A stretch of 64,000 nt of DNA from positions 1-64,000 of IMG/VR virus record IMGVR_UViG_3300019888_000001, one strand, 5' to 3'. Origin of the DNA: a virus. Under the pieces are notes generated by a model. That model saw only the letters and a program-made list of their open reading frames with translations, did not search any database and was not told where the DNA came from. The position numbers were made by a program, and so were the translations under genes. Below are positions 22,507 through 33,105 of the stretch, piece by piece; position 1 is the first letter of the stretch; every line of letters begins with the position of its first letter.

Positions 22507-23242
22507 ATAAGGTATAAATACTCCCATCTTTACAGCCGTGCACGAGCACAGCTTCTTCTGGAATTGGGACACTATAGTCGTGATAGTTAACAGGATCCAC
22601 GGCGTCCATAACAATTTGATTTTTTTCGTTTCGACGATATCTGCAGGTTCCCCACCTATGGGCAAGCAAGTTTGTGTCGTGAGTTTCTGGAACTACCTCT
22701 TCTCCAGTCCAGGTATCCCAGCTAATCGTTGCGGGCACACTTTGAATCATTTTACACCGCCGCATATAATCGGCAGGGTACGTCGCGACCCCCATTAAGT
22801 GGTGCCCTTTTTCAAACCGCGCTCCAGTTTCAAGATTCTTATAACGAGAAATATTAATGTGGCCCATATATGGTTTTTTAGATTGGGCGTATTCTTTTTC
22901 CCAGGTTTCTAACCAACCTGGCGCGAATGGAAAAACATCGCTTTCTAACCAAAACCACGGAAGAGTATTGTCTTTTGTTTCCAAATAGTCTGCAGTAGCT
23001 ATAAACATAGAATTTGGCCCAGCCGGCCACGCTTCATCTTCAAACTCAGGAACCGTGAAGTCTACTTTTTTGAACCCTTTCGCGAGAATCGCTACAATCT
23101 CCGGAGCGTCCAACTTTACGCGCCAAGATGACACCACAAGAGCTTCGTGATCCTGCATACCGCCAAGTTTAACAATTCGTTCTGCTAACGCTCGGGCAAG
23201 CATGAAGTCGCCATAGCTAACGGGAAAAACCGGAAGTATCAT
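22490..23242 (-). CDS. Putative GT-A-like glycosyltransferase
   Basis: 'WPAGPN..WFWLESD..GVATYP..WD..VHGCK' motif layout. Confidence 0.5.
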   Translation of the reverse strand: MILPVFPVSYGDFMLARALAERIVKLGGMQDHEALVVSSWRVKLDAPEIVAILAKGFKKVDFTVPEFEDEAWPAGPNSMFIATADYLETKDNTLPWFWLESDVFPFAPGWLETWEKEYAQSKKPYMGHINISRYKNLETGARFEKGHHLMGVATYPADYMRRCKMIQSVPATISWDTWTGEEVVPETHDTNLLAHRWGTCRYRRNEKNQIVMDAVDPVNYHDYSVPIPEEAVLVHGCKDGSIYTLYENQS

Positions 23243-23610
23243 TAGAATAGTTTGATTGGCGCAGCTTCGGGATGAAGTACGGGATCAGTAACCGCCTGCA
23301 CTGCGCCTCTTGCTGAAGCTTGGGCTTCAAACCTAGCTGTGTCTAAATCGACCTCATTCTTACTTAAAGAAATATACGCAGAAAGAAACGCCGCCTGGTA
23401 GGCTGGAAAGTAAGCCGCGGCGCGTAAGTTAGGATCGTAACCGTCAGGTAGGAATTGTTTGATAGCAGACGCGACCGCCCAGCTAGCCACTTTGGTGGCC
23501 GTCCCAGATAATCGGCTCAGGGCTTTTTCGGATTGGTCTTTGCGATGCTGGGGCGTTATGGTAATAACTTTCTTAGGCTCCTTCTCCGCATCTTCAGGGG
23601 GTTTAGACAT
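23242..23610 (-). CDS. Hypothetical protein
   Basis: ORF coupled to the downstream gene. Confidence 0.45.
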   Translation of the reverse strand: MSKPPEDAEKEPKKVITITPQHRKDQSEKALSRLSGTATKVASWAVASAIKQFLPDGYDPNLRAAAYFPAYQAAFLSAYISLSKNEVDLDTARFEAQASARGAVQAVTDPVLHPEAAPIKLF

Positions 23611-23618
23611 ATTATATA

Positions 23619-25436
23619 TTACAACCGTTTGCCCCGATATGCTGAAGATAAATTAACTGGCATCATACGTGTAAACGAACTTAATCGGCGGACCGTGTCA
23701 CGCCACGGAGTTCCTTTTGTAATAAACTCTTGCTGTTGTAGAGTTGTCATATGCGTCGCGAACCCCAACCGCTGCCGGCACAATTCAACCAGAATAAAAC
23801 CTGCCTCGGCCAGATCGGGCGAAAACCCTGTTCGAACTTTCATATCTTCTTTGGGCTCCGCGTACAGTCGTTTTTCAGCACCGGTGGTTCCATACTTACG
23901 TACCGTCATCTCTTTAGCCATTGCCGGCGCGATCCCTTTAAGTTGGCCTTGACGCAAGAGTTCCTTCGCAGAATACCAAAGCTCAGTAGCGCGATTATAA
24001 TATCGCTCGTTGGCGGGTCTAAGATCCGTTAGGCTGACCGGCAGTTCGCTGGCCTTACCACCGAACCTAACACGGAGCACGTTTCTAGACCAAATGATAT
24101 CGAGTACATCACAGAACGGATCCCCGGCACCAGTGGAATCGACGGCTGCATATTGGGGCTGCACGCCTTCCCGAACACAAAGATCGCGGAACTTGCCCGC
24201 AATCTGCATGGTGCGGTTGTCGACTTTATTCGTAACATCTTCAACCAGCTCCACATAACGATCTAAGTTGATTACCCGAACGCCGTCTGTATTCACACCG
24301 ACCGTGCCTAGATAAACCATCGACCGGTCACCCCCGTTCGTAAAACTGGGGTCGAGCGCGGCCACTCTAATAAGAGGTGAGGAGCCCCAGATAGCCGGAA
24401 TGTCGCCACGCCACTTCACAATATCCTGTTCGCTGTAGATCAAGTCCTCTTGACCCATAGGACTCGGGAACCCCCGAACCATTCGCCAGAAACGAATTGA
24501 GTTTTCACCGCCTTCAGCGGCTTTCGCTTCCTCCACTTTTTCCTTGGTAGGAAGAAACGGAACTCCGTTAATCCCGAACTGACTGGTCGGGTCGGTAATC
24601 GCGGGCGACTTTGTAGCATCGAAGTGAAGCGATACGCCGTATTCTGACTCCCATTTGAAATCGTTAACCGTAATCGAGGTCCATCCAGCTTTTGGTTTCC
24701 AGAGTTTCGCAAAAGGATCGTAATATCCAGGCGGGTTTGCGGCACCGATAAATTGATACGAGGGGTTTGAACTGAGGTTACCCCCGGGCAGAGCATACTC
24801 CAAAACCGCATCTGTGAGTTCGCTAAGCTCATCCGCGAACACGATAACGTTTTTATTGTGGAAACCGATAAGCTTCTCGGTCGCCTCTTTCTCCACTTTC
24901 CGATCCGCGGCGACTAGCGATATGCTGGATTTGTCAGAACTGGTAAACTTCGTAGAAGCAAACCGCACAATTCCAATAGAATCGATTACTTTTAGTGGAA
25001 GGCCGGGAGGAGGAATCACGCGAATGAAATCAAGCAGGGAGCCCCAAGCGCGCTTGCGACTTTCTTTTAAACTCGTAGATAGAATAGCGCATAACGTGTT
25101 ACGAGCATCTGCGAGGAAATTAATCAAGATCCATAACGCCACTGTTTCCGATTTCGTGCTCGAAGCACAGCCTCCGAGAGCCACATATCTATGCACGCAC
25201 AGTTCGTCGATGATGGCTTCAGACCAAGCATTCCGGATAAAGAATTTGCTCCGGTTTCGTACCGGGTTTTTCGGCCCGTATAGAAGATTAACTATCTTCC
25301 AAAAATGCTCAGGCTGCCCGAGGCCTCCTTGCTCAACAGTGCGCTTAGTTTTGAAGCAATGTAGCTCTATATCTAACGGGTTCCAGGAAATAGGAAAGCG
25401 CAAACCATACTTATCTTTATAAGAAACGTTAGCCAT
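23619..25436 (-). CDS. terL: Terminase large subunit
   Basis: Walker A-like GCASSTKS, Walker B 'IVFADE', coupling 'AANP', nuclease 'ALDPSF..GGD', 'VDSTGAG', 'SPDLAEA'. Confidence 0.9.
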   Translation of the reverse strand: MANVSYKDKYGLRFPISWNPLDIELHCFKTKRTVEQGGLGQPEHFWKIVNLLYGPKNPVRNRSKFFIRNAWSEAIIDELCVHRYVALGGCASSTKSETVALWILINFLADARNTLCAILSTSLKESRKRAWGSLLDFIRVIPPPGLPLKVIDSIGIVRFASTKFTSSDKSSISLVAADRKVEKEATEKLIGFHNKNVIVFADELSELTDAVLEYALPGGNLSSNPSYQFIGAANPPGYYDPFAKLWKPKAGWTSITVNDFKWESEYGVSLHFDATKSPAITDPTSQFGINGVPFLPTKEKVEEAKAAEGGENSIRFWRMVRGFPSPMGQEDLIYSEQDIVKWRGDIPAIWGSSPLIRVAALDPSFTNGGDRSMVYLGTVGVNTDGVRVINLDRYVELVEDVTNKVDNRTMQIAGKFRDLCVREGVQPQYAAVDSTGAGDPFCDVLDIIWSRNVLRVRFGGKASELPVSLTDLRPANERYYNRATELWYSAKELLRQGQLKGIAPAMAKEMTVRKYGTTGAEKRLYAEPKEDMKVRTGFSPDLAEAGFILVELCRQRLGFATHMTTLQQQEFITKGTPWRDTVRRLSSFTRMMPVNLSSAYRGKRL

Positions 25437-26037
25437 TCCTGCCCTTTAATAAATTATCATGTATCCATAACGGCTGCAGATTTTTAAAATTAAAACATTC
25501 ATGCTGTTGGGACACCTTCGTAAGGTCAAATTTACAAACGGGCTTAATATGATCAATATGCCACATGCGGCGGTTTTCCCACGTCATTCCTGGAAGAAAT
25601 TTACTGGCTAAATAATCGAGTAAAGTCTTTATAGAGCACCCTATTAATTGTTCAGTAGTTTTGCTTTTTCTCGTACCTTGGGATCGTATGGCCGAATTTA
25701 TTCTACAACGTAGACGCCCCATAATCACAAAACCAGGATTTTTAACTCGCTGTTTTTGGGCCCATTTTGTAGCATACTTCCTATGATACAATTTATATTC
25801 TTTCGTGTTTCTTCGCCGTTGCCAGTATTGGCGAACATATTCTTTGTGGGTGATATACCAAAGTTTGGAACACATTATTTTTTTTGCTCTATTTTTATGA
25901 TAGTTTTTTTTGGCGGCCGCTTTTAATCTGACGCTATGCTTTTTCCGGTAAAAACACGCACGCGCTATACATGCGTCTTTATGCTCCAAATAGTATTTTT
26001 TATCATACGCCTTTTTATCCTGTTTATTTTTAAACAT
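25429..26037 (-). CDS. HNH homing endonuclease
   Basis: 'GMTWEN..WHIDHIKPV..FDL..NLQPLW..DNL.K'. Confidence 0.9.
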   Translation of the reverse strand: MFKNKQDKKAYDKKYYLEHKDACIARACFYRKKHSVRLKAAAKKNYHKNRAKKIMCSKLWYITHKEYVRQYWQRRRNTKEYKLYHRKYATKWAQKQRVKNPGFVIMGRLRCRINSAIRSQGTRKSKTTEQLIGCSIKTLLDYLASKFLPGMTWENRRMWHIDHIKPVCKFDLTKVSQQHECFNFKNLQPLWIHDNLLKGRNG

Positions 26038-26141
26038 TAAAACAGTATAATTCAAATCCCGAAATAAAGCCATATAAAAGATTGTCTTAAAGGCATAAAA
26101 ATAGTTGTAGATCAGCGTATTAGACGTTACTCTTAATAACC

Positions 26142-26510
26142 GTGAAATCAAACCGAAAGCGCAAATCTTGGAAGGCCTCGTTGTTTATGGATTTGTATCC
26201 TGTCGCTATTCATATTAACGTCGTGGACAACACCGCAAACTGGACGGCTACACATAATTTTCCGGTTAATAACAACCGGGTAGCGTGTTGTGGCCGCGAC
26301 GGTACAGGAAATTTTATGCTGGTCTTCCAGCGTGATTATTTAACGCATAGAGTTATCGCGCATGAAATTTCACATTGCGTTTTTAGAATCGGCGAATATA
26401 TAGGCATGCCACATGAGAACGCGTCCGACGAAGCCTACGCGGCATTGCATGAACATTTGACATACTGGGTTTTATCCCAATGTAAGAAGCACGGCACCAA
26501 AATTTTCTAA
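26142..26510 (+). CDS. HExxH metallopeptidase-like protein
   Basis: 'IAHEISH...DEAYA'. Confidence 0.6.
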   Translation: MKSNRKRKSWKASLFMDLYPVAIHINVVDNTANWTATHNFPVNNNRVACCGRDGTGNFMLVFQRDYLTHRVIAHEISHCVFRIGEYIGMPHENASDEAYAALHEHLTYWVLSQCKKHGTKIF

Positions 26511-26524
26511 ACAGGCTAAAATTT

Positions 26525-27028
26525 ATGACTCCAAAAGCCAGAAGCTACCAGCGAGCATATCGCCTAAAAAATAAAGAGCACATACGGGCTACGAAACGCA
26601 GATGGTTTTTGGCCAATATTGTTAAAGTACGAGAAGCGCAAAAACGATGGCGGTATAGCAGTTCGGTTAATCTCGAAAGAGCTAGAGCCAGAACTAGAAA
26701 ATGGAATAATGCAAATCCTGGTAAACTGAGAGCTATGCGCTTGAAGCGGGAATATAACCTTACTGTAGAAGAATATAATCTTATTCTTGCTGTTCAAAAC
26801 GGTCTTTGTGCTGGATGCAAACAACCTGCAACTAACTTCAAACGCTCTCTTCACGTTGACCACGATCACTCAAAAAAGATTGTCAGAGGTTTGCTATGTT
26901 GGAGATGCAATCATATGCTGCCCGCGCGCCGAAACCTTAAAGAAATTCTCGAAAACTTAGCAAGCTATATCAACAACCCGCCCGCTACTAAAGCCCTTGG
27001 CGAAGAAAGAAAAACTCGTGGCGCCTAG
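26525..27028 (+). CDS. Endonuclease VII-like (HNH-family) protein
   Basis: 'QNGLCAGC..LHVDHDH..VRGLLC.RCN'. Confidence 0.85.
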   Translation: MTPKARSYQRAYRLKNKEHIRATKRRWFLANIVKVREAQKRWRYSSSVNLERARARTRKWNNANPGKLRAMRLKREYNLTVEEYNLILAVQNGLCAGCKQPATNFKRSLHVDHDHSKKIVRGLLCWRCNHMLPARRNLKEILENLASYINNPPATKALGEERKTRGA

Positions 27029-28562
27029 ATTCTCCATTAGCATAGTCGCATTCAACAAGTTGGAGTACACGAAAAAGTGCATCGAATCCGTTATAGCGGG
27101 GGGCGGGGATTTCGAAATCTTGCTTACCGACAATGCCTCAACAGATGGTTCCGGACAATGGATGGACGAGTTAACATCAAAAGATCCTCGCGTACATGTA
27201 GTCCATAACACTACGAATCGTGGGTTCAAGGAACCACAGAACGACGCGTGCGCCCGAGCGAAGGGAAAATTTTTTGTCTGCTTAAACAACGACACCGAAG
27301 TACCAAAAGACTGGTTAATGCTTCTGGAGCAACCTTTTATTGACTTCTCGGAGACCGCGACTATTTCGGGGCCATCAGGAACTTGTTGTGAATTTAAAGA
27401 CAGTTTTCCTAGCTGGCATGGCCGAATTGGAAACAATGTTGAATACATCGAGGGTTCCTGTCTCTGTATTCCTACCGCCCTGGCTAAAAAATATACACTA
27501 TTCGCTCCACATTTTAAATTTGCTTATGCCGAAGATGCAGATTTATCTCTACGAATGCGCGCGATGGGAAAAACGATTCACCAAGTTCCATTTCGCATAA
27601 TGCATCATCGGGGGGCAACATCAAATGGAATGCCTGGAATGGCTGAAATTCAAATAGCCAACTCGGCAATAATGACTGAGCGGTGGGCCAATTACCATAA
27701 ATTTCGACGTTTTGATTTACCGATAGTTATTCGACGAGACGAGGCGTTAGGAGACGTGTTATTAACTACTCCGCTTATTCGGGCTCTCCGAGAGCAAATG
27801 CCTCGATCCGAACTTTTTTTTGAAACAGCGCTGCCACATGTGCTTAAACACAACTTGAAAATTAAGAAACGAGAACCCTGGGGACGATGGGATGGTTCGA
27901 CAGGAGACCAAAATTTATATCAATGGGCAAGAGTTATAAACTTAAACATGTCCTATGAAAACATGCTTCAAACGCATATTGTCGATGGTTACTTTAAAAA
28001 AGCACTAATCGTCCCTGTGGGGTCAGACTATCGGCATACTGAAAACTATTACACTGAAGCAGATATTGCCTTTGCGGAAACAAACTTGCCCGGAGAACAG
28101 TGGGTGGCGGTTCATCCCGGGCCGTCAACTTGGCAAGGTAAGGCTTGGCCAGAAGATAGATTTAGAAAGTTATGCGTCTGGCTCATGGATAATAAATGGA
28201 GAGTAGTGATAGTCGGCCATCAAGGAGGCCCCGGCTATCCTAGCTATCATGATCTTAGAGGTCACACAAGTTTACAACAACTTGCTGCAGTCATGGCCCG
28301 CTGTAAATTTGCGGTATGCTTAGACTCGTTTCCTCTTCACGTAGCCGAAAGTGTGGGAACGCCAGTAATCGGATTATTCGGGGTAACAGACCCTCAATTC
28401 ATCCTGACTAGAAAACCTTCGTATTCTATAATGGGAGTCGCGCCTTGCTCCGGTCAACGACATCGTGAAATTGGCAAAGTTCAAATGCCGTGCGATGGTG
28501 CTTGTATCGCTAGTATATCTCTAGACCAAGTTAAAGAAAAAGTATACGCCATCACAAAATGA
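26997..28562 (+). CDS. Fused GT2 + GT9 (heptosyltransferase-like) glycosyltransferase
   Basis: GT2: 'DNASTDG','LNNDT','EDADL'; GT9: 'ALGDVLLTTP','HPG..W..KAWP','DSFPLHVA..GTPVIGLFG'. Confidence 0.85.
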   Translation: MAKKEKLVAPRFSISIVAFNKLEYTKKCIESVIAGGGDFEILLTDNASTDGSGQWMDELTSKDPRVHVVHNTTNRGFKEPQNDACARAKGKFFVCLNNDTEVPKDWLMLLEQPFIDFSETATISGPSGTCCEFKDSFPSWHGRIGNNVEYIEGSCLCIPTALAKKYTLFAPHFKFAYAEDADLSLRMRAMGKTIHQVPFRIMHHRGATSNGMPGMAEIQIANSAIMTERWANYHKFRRFDLPIVIRRDEALGDVLLTTPLIRALREQMPRSELFFETALPHVLKHNLKIKKREPWGRWDGSTGDQNLYQWARVINLNMSYENMLQTHIVDGYFKKALIVPVGSDYRHTENYYTEADIAFAETNLPGEQWVAVHPGPSTWQGKAWPEDRFRKLCVWLMDNKWRVVIVGHQGGPGYPSYHDLRGHTSLQQLAAVMARCKFAVCLDSFPLHVAESVGTPVIGLFGVTDPQFILTRKPSYSIMGVAPCSGQRHREIGKVQMPCDGACIASISLDQVKEKVYAITK

Positions 28563-29326
28563 AAATCTCAGGTTATTCATGCATCCGAAACAATTTTAGC
28601 CTTGATTACTGTATCCAGCAAACTATAGAATCGTTACTTCCGGTTTGTAATGAAGTCGTGATTTCTGAATCTGAAAGCACAGACGGAACCCGAGAATTTC
28701 TTGATGAGTGGACAAAACGCGAACCTAAACTTCGAATCGTAAATTATAAATGGCCAAACCCCTGGCGAGATGTCAAATGGTGGACCACGTGGATTAATGA
28801 AGCAAGACAGCATCTTCAATATCCTACCCAAATATTTTTAGACGCAGATGAAGTTTTAAGCCCGGAAGGATACGCCGGGATTAGGGAAGCCGCAAAATTA
28901 GGGCAAGCCAGATGGTTTAGACGATTGAATTTTTGGAAAGACCCATATCACTTAGTAGCAAGCGGAACAGTTTGCGCAGATCAGTGTGTCCGTTTAGGAC
29001 CTACAGATATGTGGATGCCCAGCGACGAACCTCATCCTGATGGCGAGCCGCCTATTATTTTAAAAGCAGGATGGCCTCCTAGTGCTACACCAAATTTTAA
29101 TATTTTTCATTATGGATTTTTACGAAAAGAACGCGCTATGATTGATAAATGTCGAATCGTGGGTGGGGCATTTTTTGGAACCATGGATGCAAGACTCGAA
29201 AAGGCCGAACTACAAGGTACACCATGGTTAAATGAAGTTTGCCCAGAAAAACCCCTTCAAGATTTTCTGGGTGACCATCCTGAAATTGCTAAACAATGGC
29301 TTCGAGGCCGAATGTATAATATATGA
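28559..29326 (+). CDS. GT2-family glycosyltransferase
   Basis: 'ESTDGT','LDADEV','FHYG'. Confidence 0.8.
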   Translation: MKISGYSCIRNNFSLDYCIQQTIESLLPVCNEVVISESESTDGTREFLDEWTKREPKLRIVNYKWPNPWRDVKWWTTWINEARQHLQYPTQIFLDADEVLSPEGYAGIREAAKLGQARWFRRLNFWKDPYHLVASGTVCADQCVRLGPTDMWMPSDEPHPDGEPPIILKAGWPPSATPNFNIFHYGFLRKERAMIDKCRIVGGAFFGTMDARLEKAELQGTPWLNEVCPEKPLQDFLGDHPEIAKQWLRGRMYNI

Positions 29327-29817
29327 TTATAGGTAGCAGCGATCTTTATATTTCGAAACTGTATGTCATAATTGGAACTCCAGAGGACAAAACACTATTA
29401 GATTTATGCTGCGGGGAAATGCCACACACTCGAAGTCTTAAATTTAAAAGCCATTTTGGAGTCGATATTCTAGATTGGCCTAACCGACCAAAAGAAATAC
29501 CATTTGAACAAGCTGATCTCCGAATATGGGAGCCAAAACAACATTATGACATAGCCATTCTTTCAGACGGAATAGAACATTTTTCTAAAATAGAAGGAAG
29601 AAACATAATTAAGCGCATGGAATCTTGGGCTGCATTACCTATTATTTTTGCGCCAATAGGAAATTATGAAATTGCACCAAACGCAGTAGATCCTCACTCC
29701 CATAAATGTGGTTGGACTGCAGAGGAATTTCAACAATTAGGATGGCAGACCACTGACTATCCAAACTGGCACCCGACTTTAAATTTAGGCGCGTTTTTTG
29801 CTTGGAAAAGACAATGA
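29323..29817 (+). CDS. Class I SAM-dependent methyltransferase-like protein
   Basis: 'LLDLCCG','GVDI','YDIAILSDGIEH'. Confidence 0.7.
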   Translation: MIIGSSDLYISKLYVIIGTPEDKTLLDLCCGEMPHTRSLKFKSHFGVDILDWPNRPKEIPFEQADLRIWEPKQHYDIAILSDGIEHFSKIEGRNIIKRMESWAALPIIFAPIGNYEIAPNAVDPHSHKCGWTAEEFQQLGWQTTDYPNWHPTLNLGAFFAWKRQ

Positions 29818-30335
29818 GCGAAACAGGAAAATACCGCCCCTTAACCACGCCGTATTGCATAGGTAATGGTGTGGATATAGGATCGCAGGGGGATCCTGTG
29901 GTACCCTGGGCCATATCCATGGATCTTCCTGCCAATCAGTATTTAATTTATAGTTCCAACAACGCCGCGGATACCGGAATTCAGTGGCACGGAGACGGGC
30001 GCGCCCTACCTTTCAAAGACAATACCCTTGATTTTGTTTACTCTTCACATTTACTCGAAGATTTTTTGGAATGGGGCCCAATATTACAAGAATGGACTCG
30101 GGTTTTGAAACCGGGAGGACATTTGATAATTTTAGTGCCAGATAAACTGCGGTGGGGTGAAGCTATCCTGCAAGGCCAGCCACCGAATTGTGCTCATACA
30201 CACGAGTCCTATCCTGGAGAAATAAGTGAACAAATTCTTAAAGCAGGATGCAAGTATGCCGTAATCAGAGACAGTTTAACACTAGTTACCCCAGAGGACT
30301 ACAGCATTCTTTTTATAGGACTAAAACAAGATTGA
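29814..30335 (+). CDS. Class I SAM-dependent methyltransferase (type 11-like)
   Basis: 'GVDIGS','LPFKDNTLDFVYSSHLLE','RVLKPGG'. Confidence 0.85.
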   Translation: MSETGKYRPLTTPYCIGNGVDIGSQGDPVVPWAISMDLPANQYLIYSSNNAADTGIQWHGDGRALPFKDNTLDFVYSSHLLEDFLEWGPILQEWTRVLKPGGHLIILVPDKLRWGEAILQGQPPNCAHTHESYPGEISEQILKAGCKYAVIRDSLTLVTPEDYSILFIGLKQD

Positions 30336-30364
30336 CAAAATCATAGCATAGACTAGCCTTACCT

Positions 30365-30793
30365 ATGCCCGCTTTTTCATCGCCTCTCCCTGATACCACT
30401 CTAGAAGATAGAGTCGAAAGACTAGAACAACTTCCAATGCGAGTAAGCGCCGGCAACGCCGCTGTAGGTCAGTCTATTTTATCATTTACTTCTAGCGGCG
30501 GTATTTCTCTCACCGGCGGACCGAGTACTGATATCTATACAGTTTCGGCGGGGAAGACCTTTTTTATTACAGATATTTATATTACTGTTAATGAAACTAC
30601 CACTCCTCAGTTAGTTCAGCTAAAAGCAGCGGGAGTCGTAATTCTGGAAGCATTCACAATGTCTACTCTTCCGTTTGATGTAGTCGGTATTGAATCACAA
30701 GCCTCAGTTGCGGGGGGCGCGCATCTTTCTATTCAATGGCCATCAGATTCGGGTAAACTTGGAGCTTATTTTATTGCGGGATTTGAGCAATAA
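30365..30793 (+). CDS. Beta-rich hypothetical protein, paralog of 49608-49979
   Basis: Shared 'G(K/Q)TF.ITDI.IT...QL....V.EA......D..G.E.Q..V.....I.W......FI.G.E'. Confidence 0.6.
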   Translation: MPAFSSPLPDTTLEDRVERLEQLPMRVSAGNAAVGQSILSFTSSGGISLTGGPSTDIYTVSAGKTFFITDIYITVNETTTPQLVQLKAAGVVILEAFTMSTLPFDVVGIESQASVAGGAHLSIQWPSDSGKLGAYFIAGFEQ

Positions 30794-30910
30794 TTTATGG
30801 CCCTAAGCCCTACGCCAGATGGAGGATATCCCGGCGGCAATATACAAAAGAATTAAATATTAACACCAAAAGTCTTGACACAATCCCACAATTTATGGTA
30901 AGGTAAAAAT

Positions 30911-31048
30911 ATGATAGCATTCGTTATTGGGCTGGTTCTCGGTGGCGTGGCTGGATTTTTCATTGGAGACGGTAAAGCTGCAAGCGTTATCGCCGCTCTT
31001 GAAGCTGACATCGCCGCGCTTAAAGCCCGCCTGAAAAAGAAAAAGTAA
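30911..31048 (+). CDS. Small membrane protein (45 aa, not in the ORF track)
   Basis: MIAFVIGLVLGGVAGFFIG..LKARLKKKK. Confidence 0.6.
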   Translation: MIAFVIGLVLGGVAGFFIGDGKAASVIAALEADIAALKARLKKKK

Positions 31049-31194
31049 TGGGCCTAATCTTACTCATCGTTGTAATTCTCTTGCTGTGTGGGGCCTTCCC
31101 TACTGGCGGCTATGGGTTCGGCGGCGGAGCACACGGAGTCCTCGGACTCATTTTGATAATCATTCTTATCCTGTTTTTACTCGGCAGACTGTAA
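31048..31194 (+). CDS. DUF3309-like small membrane protein (48 aa, not in the ORF track)
   Basis: MGLILLIVVILLLCGAFPTGGYG..GVLGLILIIILILFLLGRL. Confidence 0.7.
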   Translation: MGLILLIVVILLLCGAFPTGGYGFGGGAHGVLGLILIIILILFLLGRL

Positions 31195-31241
31195 AAATTG
31201 TTGACAAAAATCGCGGGTTTTGGTAGTGTAAAAATACACAA

Positions 31242-31379
31242 ATGTTGTGCCCTAAATGTAAGAAGCAGAAGCAGCATCGGTCTTTTTACTGGCGAAAAGA
31301 TACCAAAAATTTAAGCCTTAGAAGTCATTGTAACCAAATTAAAAAAGTTATAAATAAGGAACTTCCTTGGAAACAATGA
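31242..31379 (+). pseudogene. Truncated remnant of a homing endonuclease N-terminus
   Basis: MLCPKCKKQK...FY.RK......RSHC resembles the N-terminal Zn module of 36739-37185 but has no nuclease domain. Confidence 0.45.
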
Positions 31380-32683
31380 AAACTCTCTTCCCTATTCAAC
31401 AATTACATGCAAGTATATTGTTATCATCACTAAAAAAGAATAGAAGCGCCCTTGATGCAAGCTGCACCGGCGCCGGAAAAAGTATAATCGCTATAGAGAT
31501 AGCCAAAAAACTGGGGCTGCCTACACTGATCGTCTGTCCACTCGCAGTCAAAGGGATGTGGGAGGCGTTGTGCACTGAACAAAAATTTAAACCTATCGCG
31601 GTAATTAACTACGAGCACCTGCGCTCCAAATCCAATATATTTTGCAAGAAGATAGGCAATCAGTATGCTTGGAATATGGATAAAGAGAGCTTGATTATTT
31701 TCGATGAAGCGCAACGCTTGAAATCATGGAATTCAATCTCAAACAAAATTGGCGTAGCGGCCAAACCCATGCGTACGTTACTCTTAAGCGCAACATTAGC
31801 CGAAGACCCAACTCATATGCGAGCTGCGGGGTATCTTCTGGGCCTTCATAATTTAAGATCGTATTTTTGTTGGATGCGCGAACGAGGTTGCATAATGAAC
31901 CAATGGGGTAGCCCTGTTTTTAATGGCGACAAGAAAATTCTAGATACACTGCATAAAGAAATCTTTCCAAGTCGGGGGCACGGGCTCTCGTTAGCTGATA
32001 TGACAGATTATTTCCCTGCGACTCAAACCGTGTTTGAGCGCGTGAACTTCGGAGATTCAGGCAAAATTCACGAACTTTATGAGGCTATGGCCGACGAACT
32101 TGCGATTCTCGCATCCACGGTTGCAAAAGACAAAAAAGGCGCGGAAGGGCTGACCCTACAACTGCGCGCGCGCCAGAAGACTGAACTTTTGAAGATCCCT
32201 CTCTTAATTGAACGCGCCCAAGAACTTCTTGATGAGGGGCGCAGCGTAGTCGTATTCTGTAATTTTAACGCGAGTCTAGACGCACTAGCGAAGGCATTCC
32301 CGACCGCGGGACAAATTAGAGGTGAACAGAACTACGAGGAGAGAGACCAGGTAGTGAAGGATTTTCAAACTGACAAGATTCCGTTAATCGTAGCCAACAT
32401 GGCAAGCGGCGGGGTTGGTATAAGTTTGCATGGTAAACGCCCCCGAGCTTCCCTGGTTACCTTATCATTTAACGGACCAGACGTGCTTCAAGCCCTTGGT
32501 AGAACGCATCGAGCGGGTGGAAGTTTTAACCAACGATTTATTCTAACGGCCGCCGGGACTATTGAAGAAACTATCGAGGCTTCTGTAAAAGCAAAGATCG
32601 AAAACATAAAAATTATCAATGAAGGTTTTGCGACGATACCCGAAACCTCTGTGCCAGGGCCAGCTCTGGCACAGAGGGATTAA
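31376..32683 (+). CDS. Superfamily 2 helicase
   Basis: TGAGKS, DEAQ, 'LSAT', 'GGVGISL', 'QALGRTHR'. Confidence 0.9.
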   Translation: MKTLFPIQQLHASILLSSLKKNRSALDASCTGAGKSIIAIEIAKKLGLPTLIVCPLAVKGMWEALCTEQKFKPIAVINYEHLRSKSNIFCKKIGNQYAWNMDKESLIIFDEAQRLKSWNSISNKIGVAAKPMRTLLLSATLAEDPTHMRAAGYLLGLHNLRSYFCWMRERGCIMNQWGSPVFNGDKKILDTLHKEIFPSRGHGLSLADMTDYFPATQTVFERVNFGDSGKIHELYEAMADELAILASTVAKDKKGAEGLTLQLRARQKTELLKIPLLIERAQELLDEGRSVVVFCNFNASLDALAKAFPTAGQIRGEQNYEERDQVVKDFQTDKIPLIVANMASGGVGISLHGKRPRASLVTLSFNGPDVLQALGRTHRAGGSFNQRFILTAAGTIEETIEASVKAKIENIKIINEGFATIPETSVPGPALAQRD

Positions 32684-32848
32684 ATGCCCAAACGCTTTGA
32701 AGATGAATATCCACGAGCTGCGGAATTTCTTTATGAACTCTATGGTAAACCCCGCTTTATTTGTGATCGCGGCCATATTCACGCTTTACCTTATCGGCTG
32801 CATTGTGGCAGCGACTATTGCCGAAAGCTTCCGCTACACGAAAAATCG

Positions 32849-32877
32849 TTGACAATTTAAGCGGATTTTCGTAAAGT
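32849..32877 (+). promoter_or_regulatory. Sigma70-like promoter (near-identical copy at 45526-45554)
   Basis: TTGACA-N17-TAAAGT. Confidence 0.7.
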
Positions 32878-32892
32878 AAAAATACTGAATAA

Positions 32893-33105
32893 ATGGCAAA
32901 AATCATAGCAAGTTGTGGGCACGAAATCACGCCCCGCGAAGGATTGGGAGAAATCGTGGCTACAAGAGGATGGACGCGAAACTGTAAACATGCTGTAGAC
33001 TACCAAACTCTGTGTTCGAAATGTCTTGCATACTATCGTGCCAATAACGCTATTCTTACACCAGAGCAGGCAGACCAGTGGTTAGGTCTAAAGATATTAA
33101 AATGA
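32893..33105 (+). CDS. Small Cys-containing hypothetical protein
   Basis: CGH..CSKC putative Zn ligands; follows the promoter. Confidence 0.5.
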   Translation: MAKIIASCGHEITPREGLGEIVATRGWTRNCKHAVDYQTLCSKCLAYYRANNAILTPEQADQWLGLKILK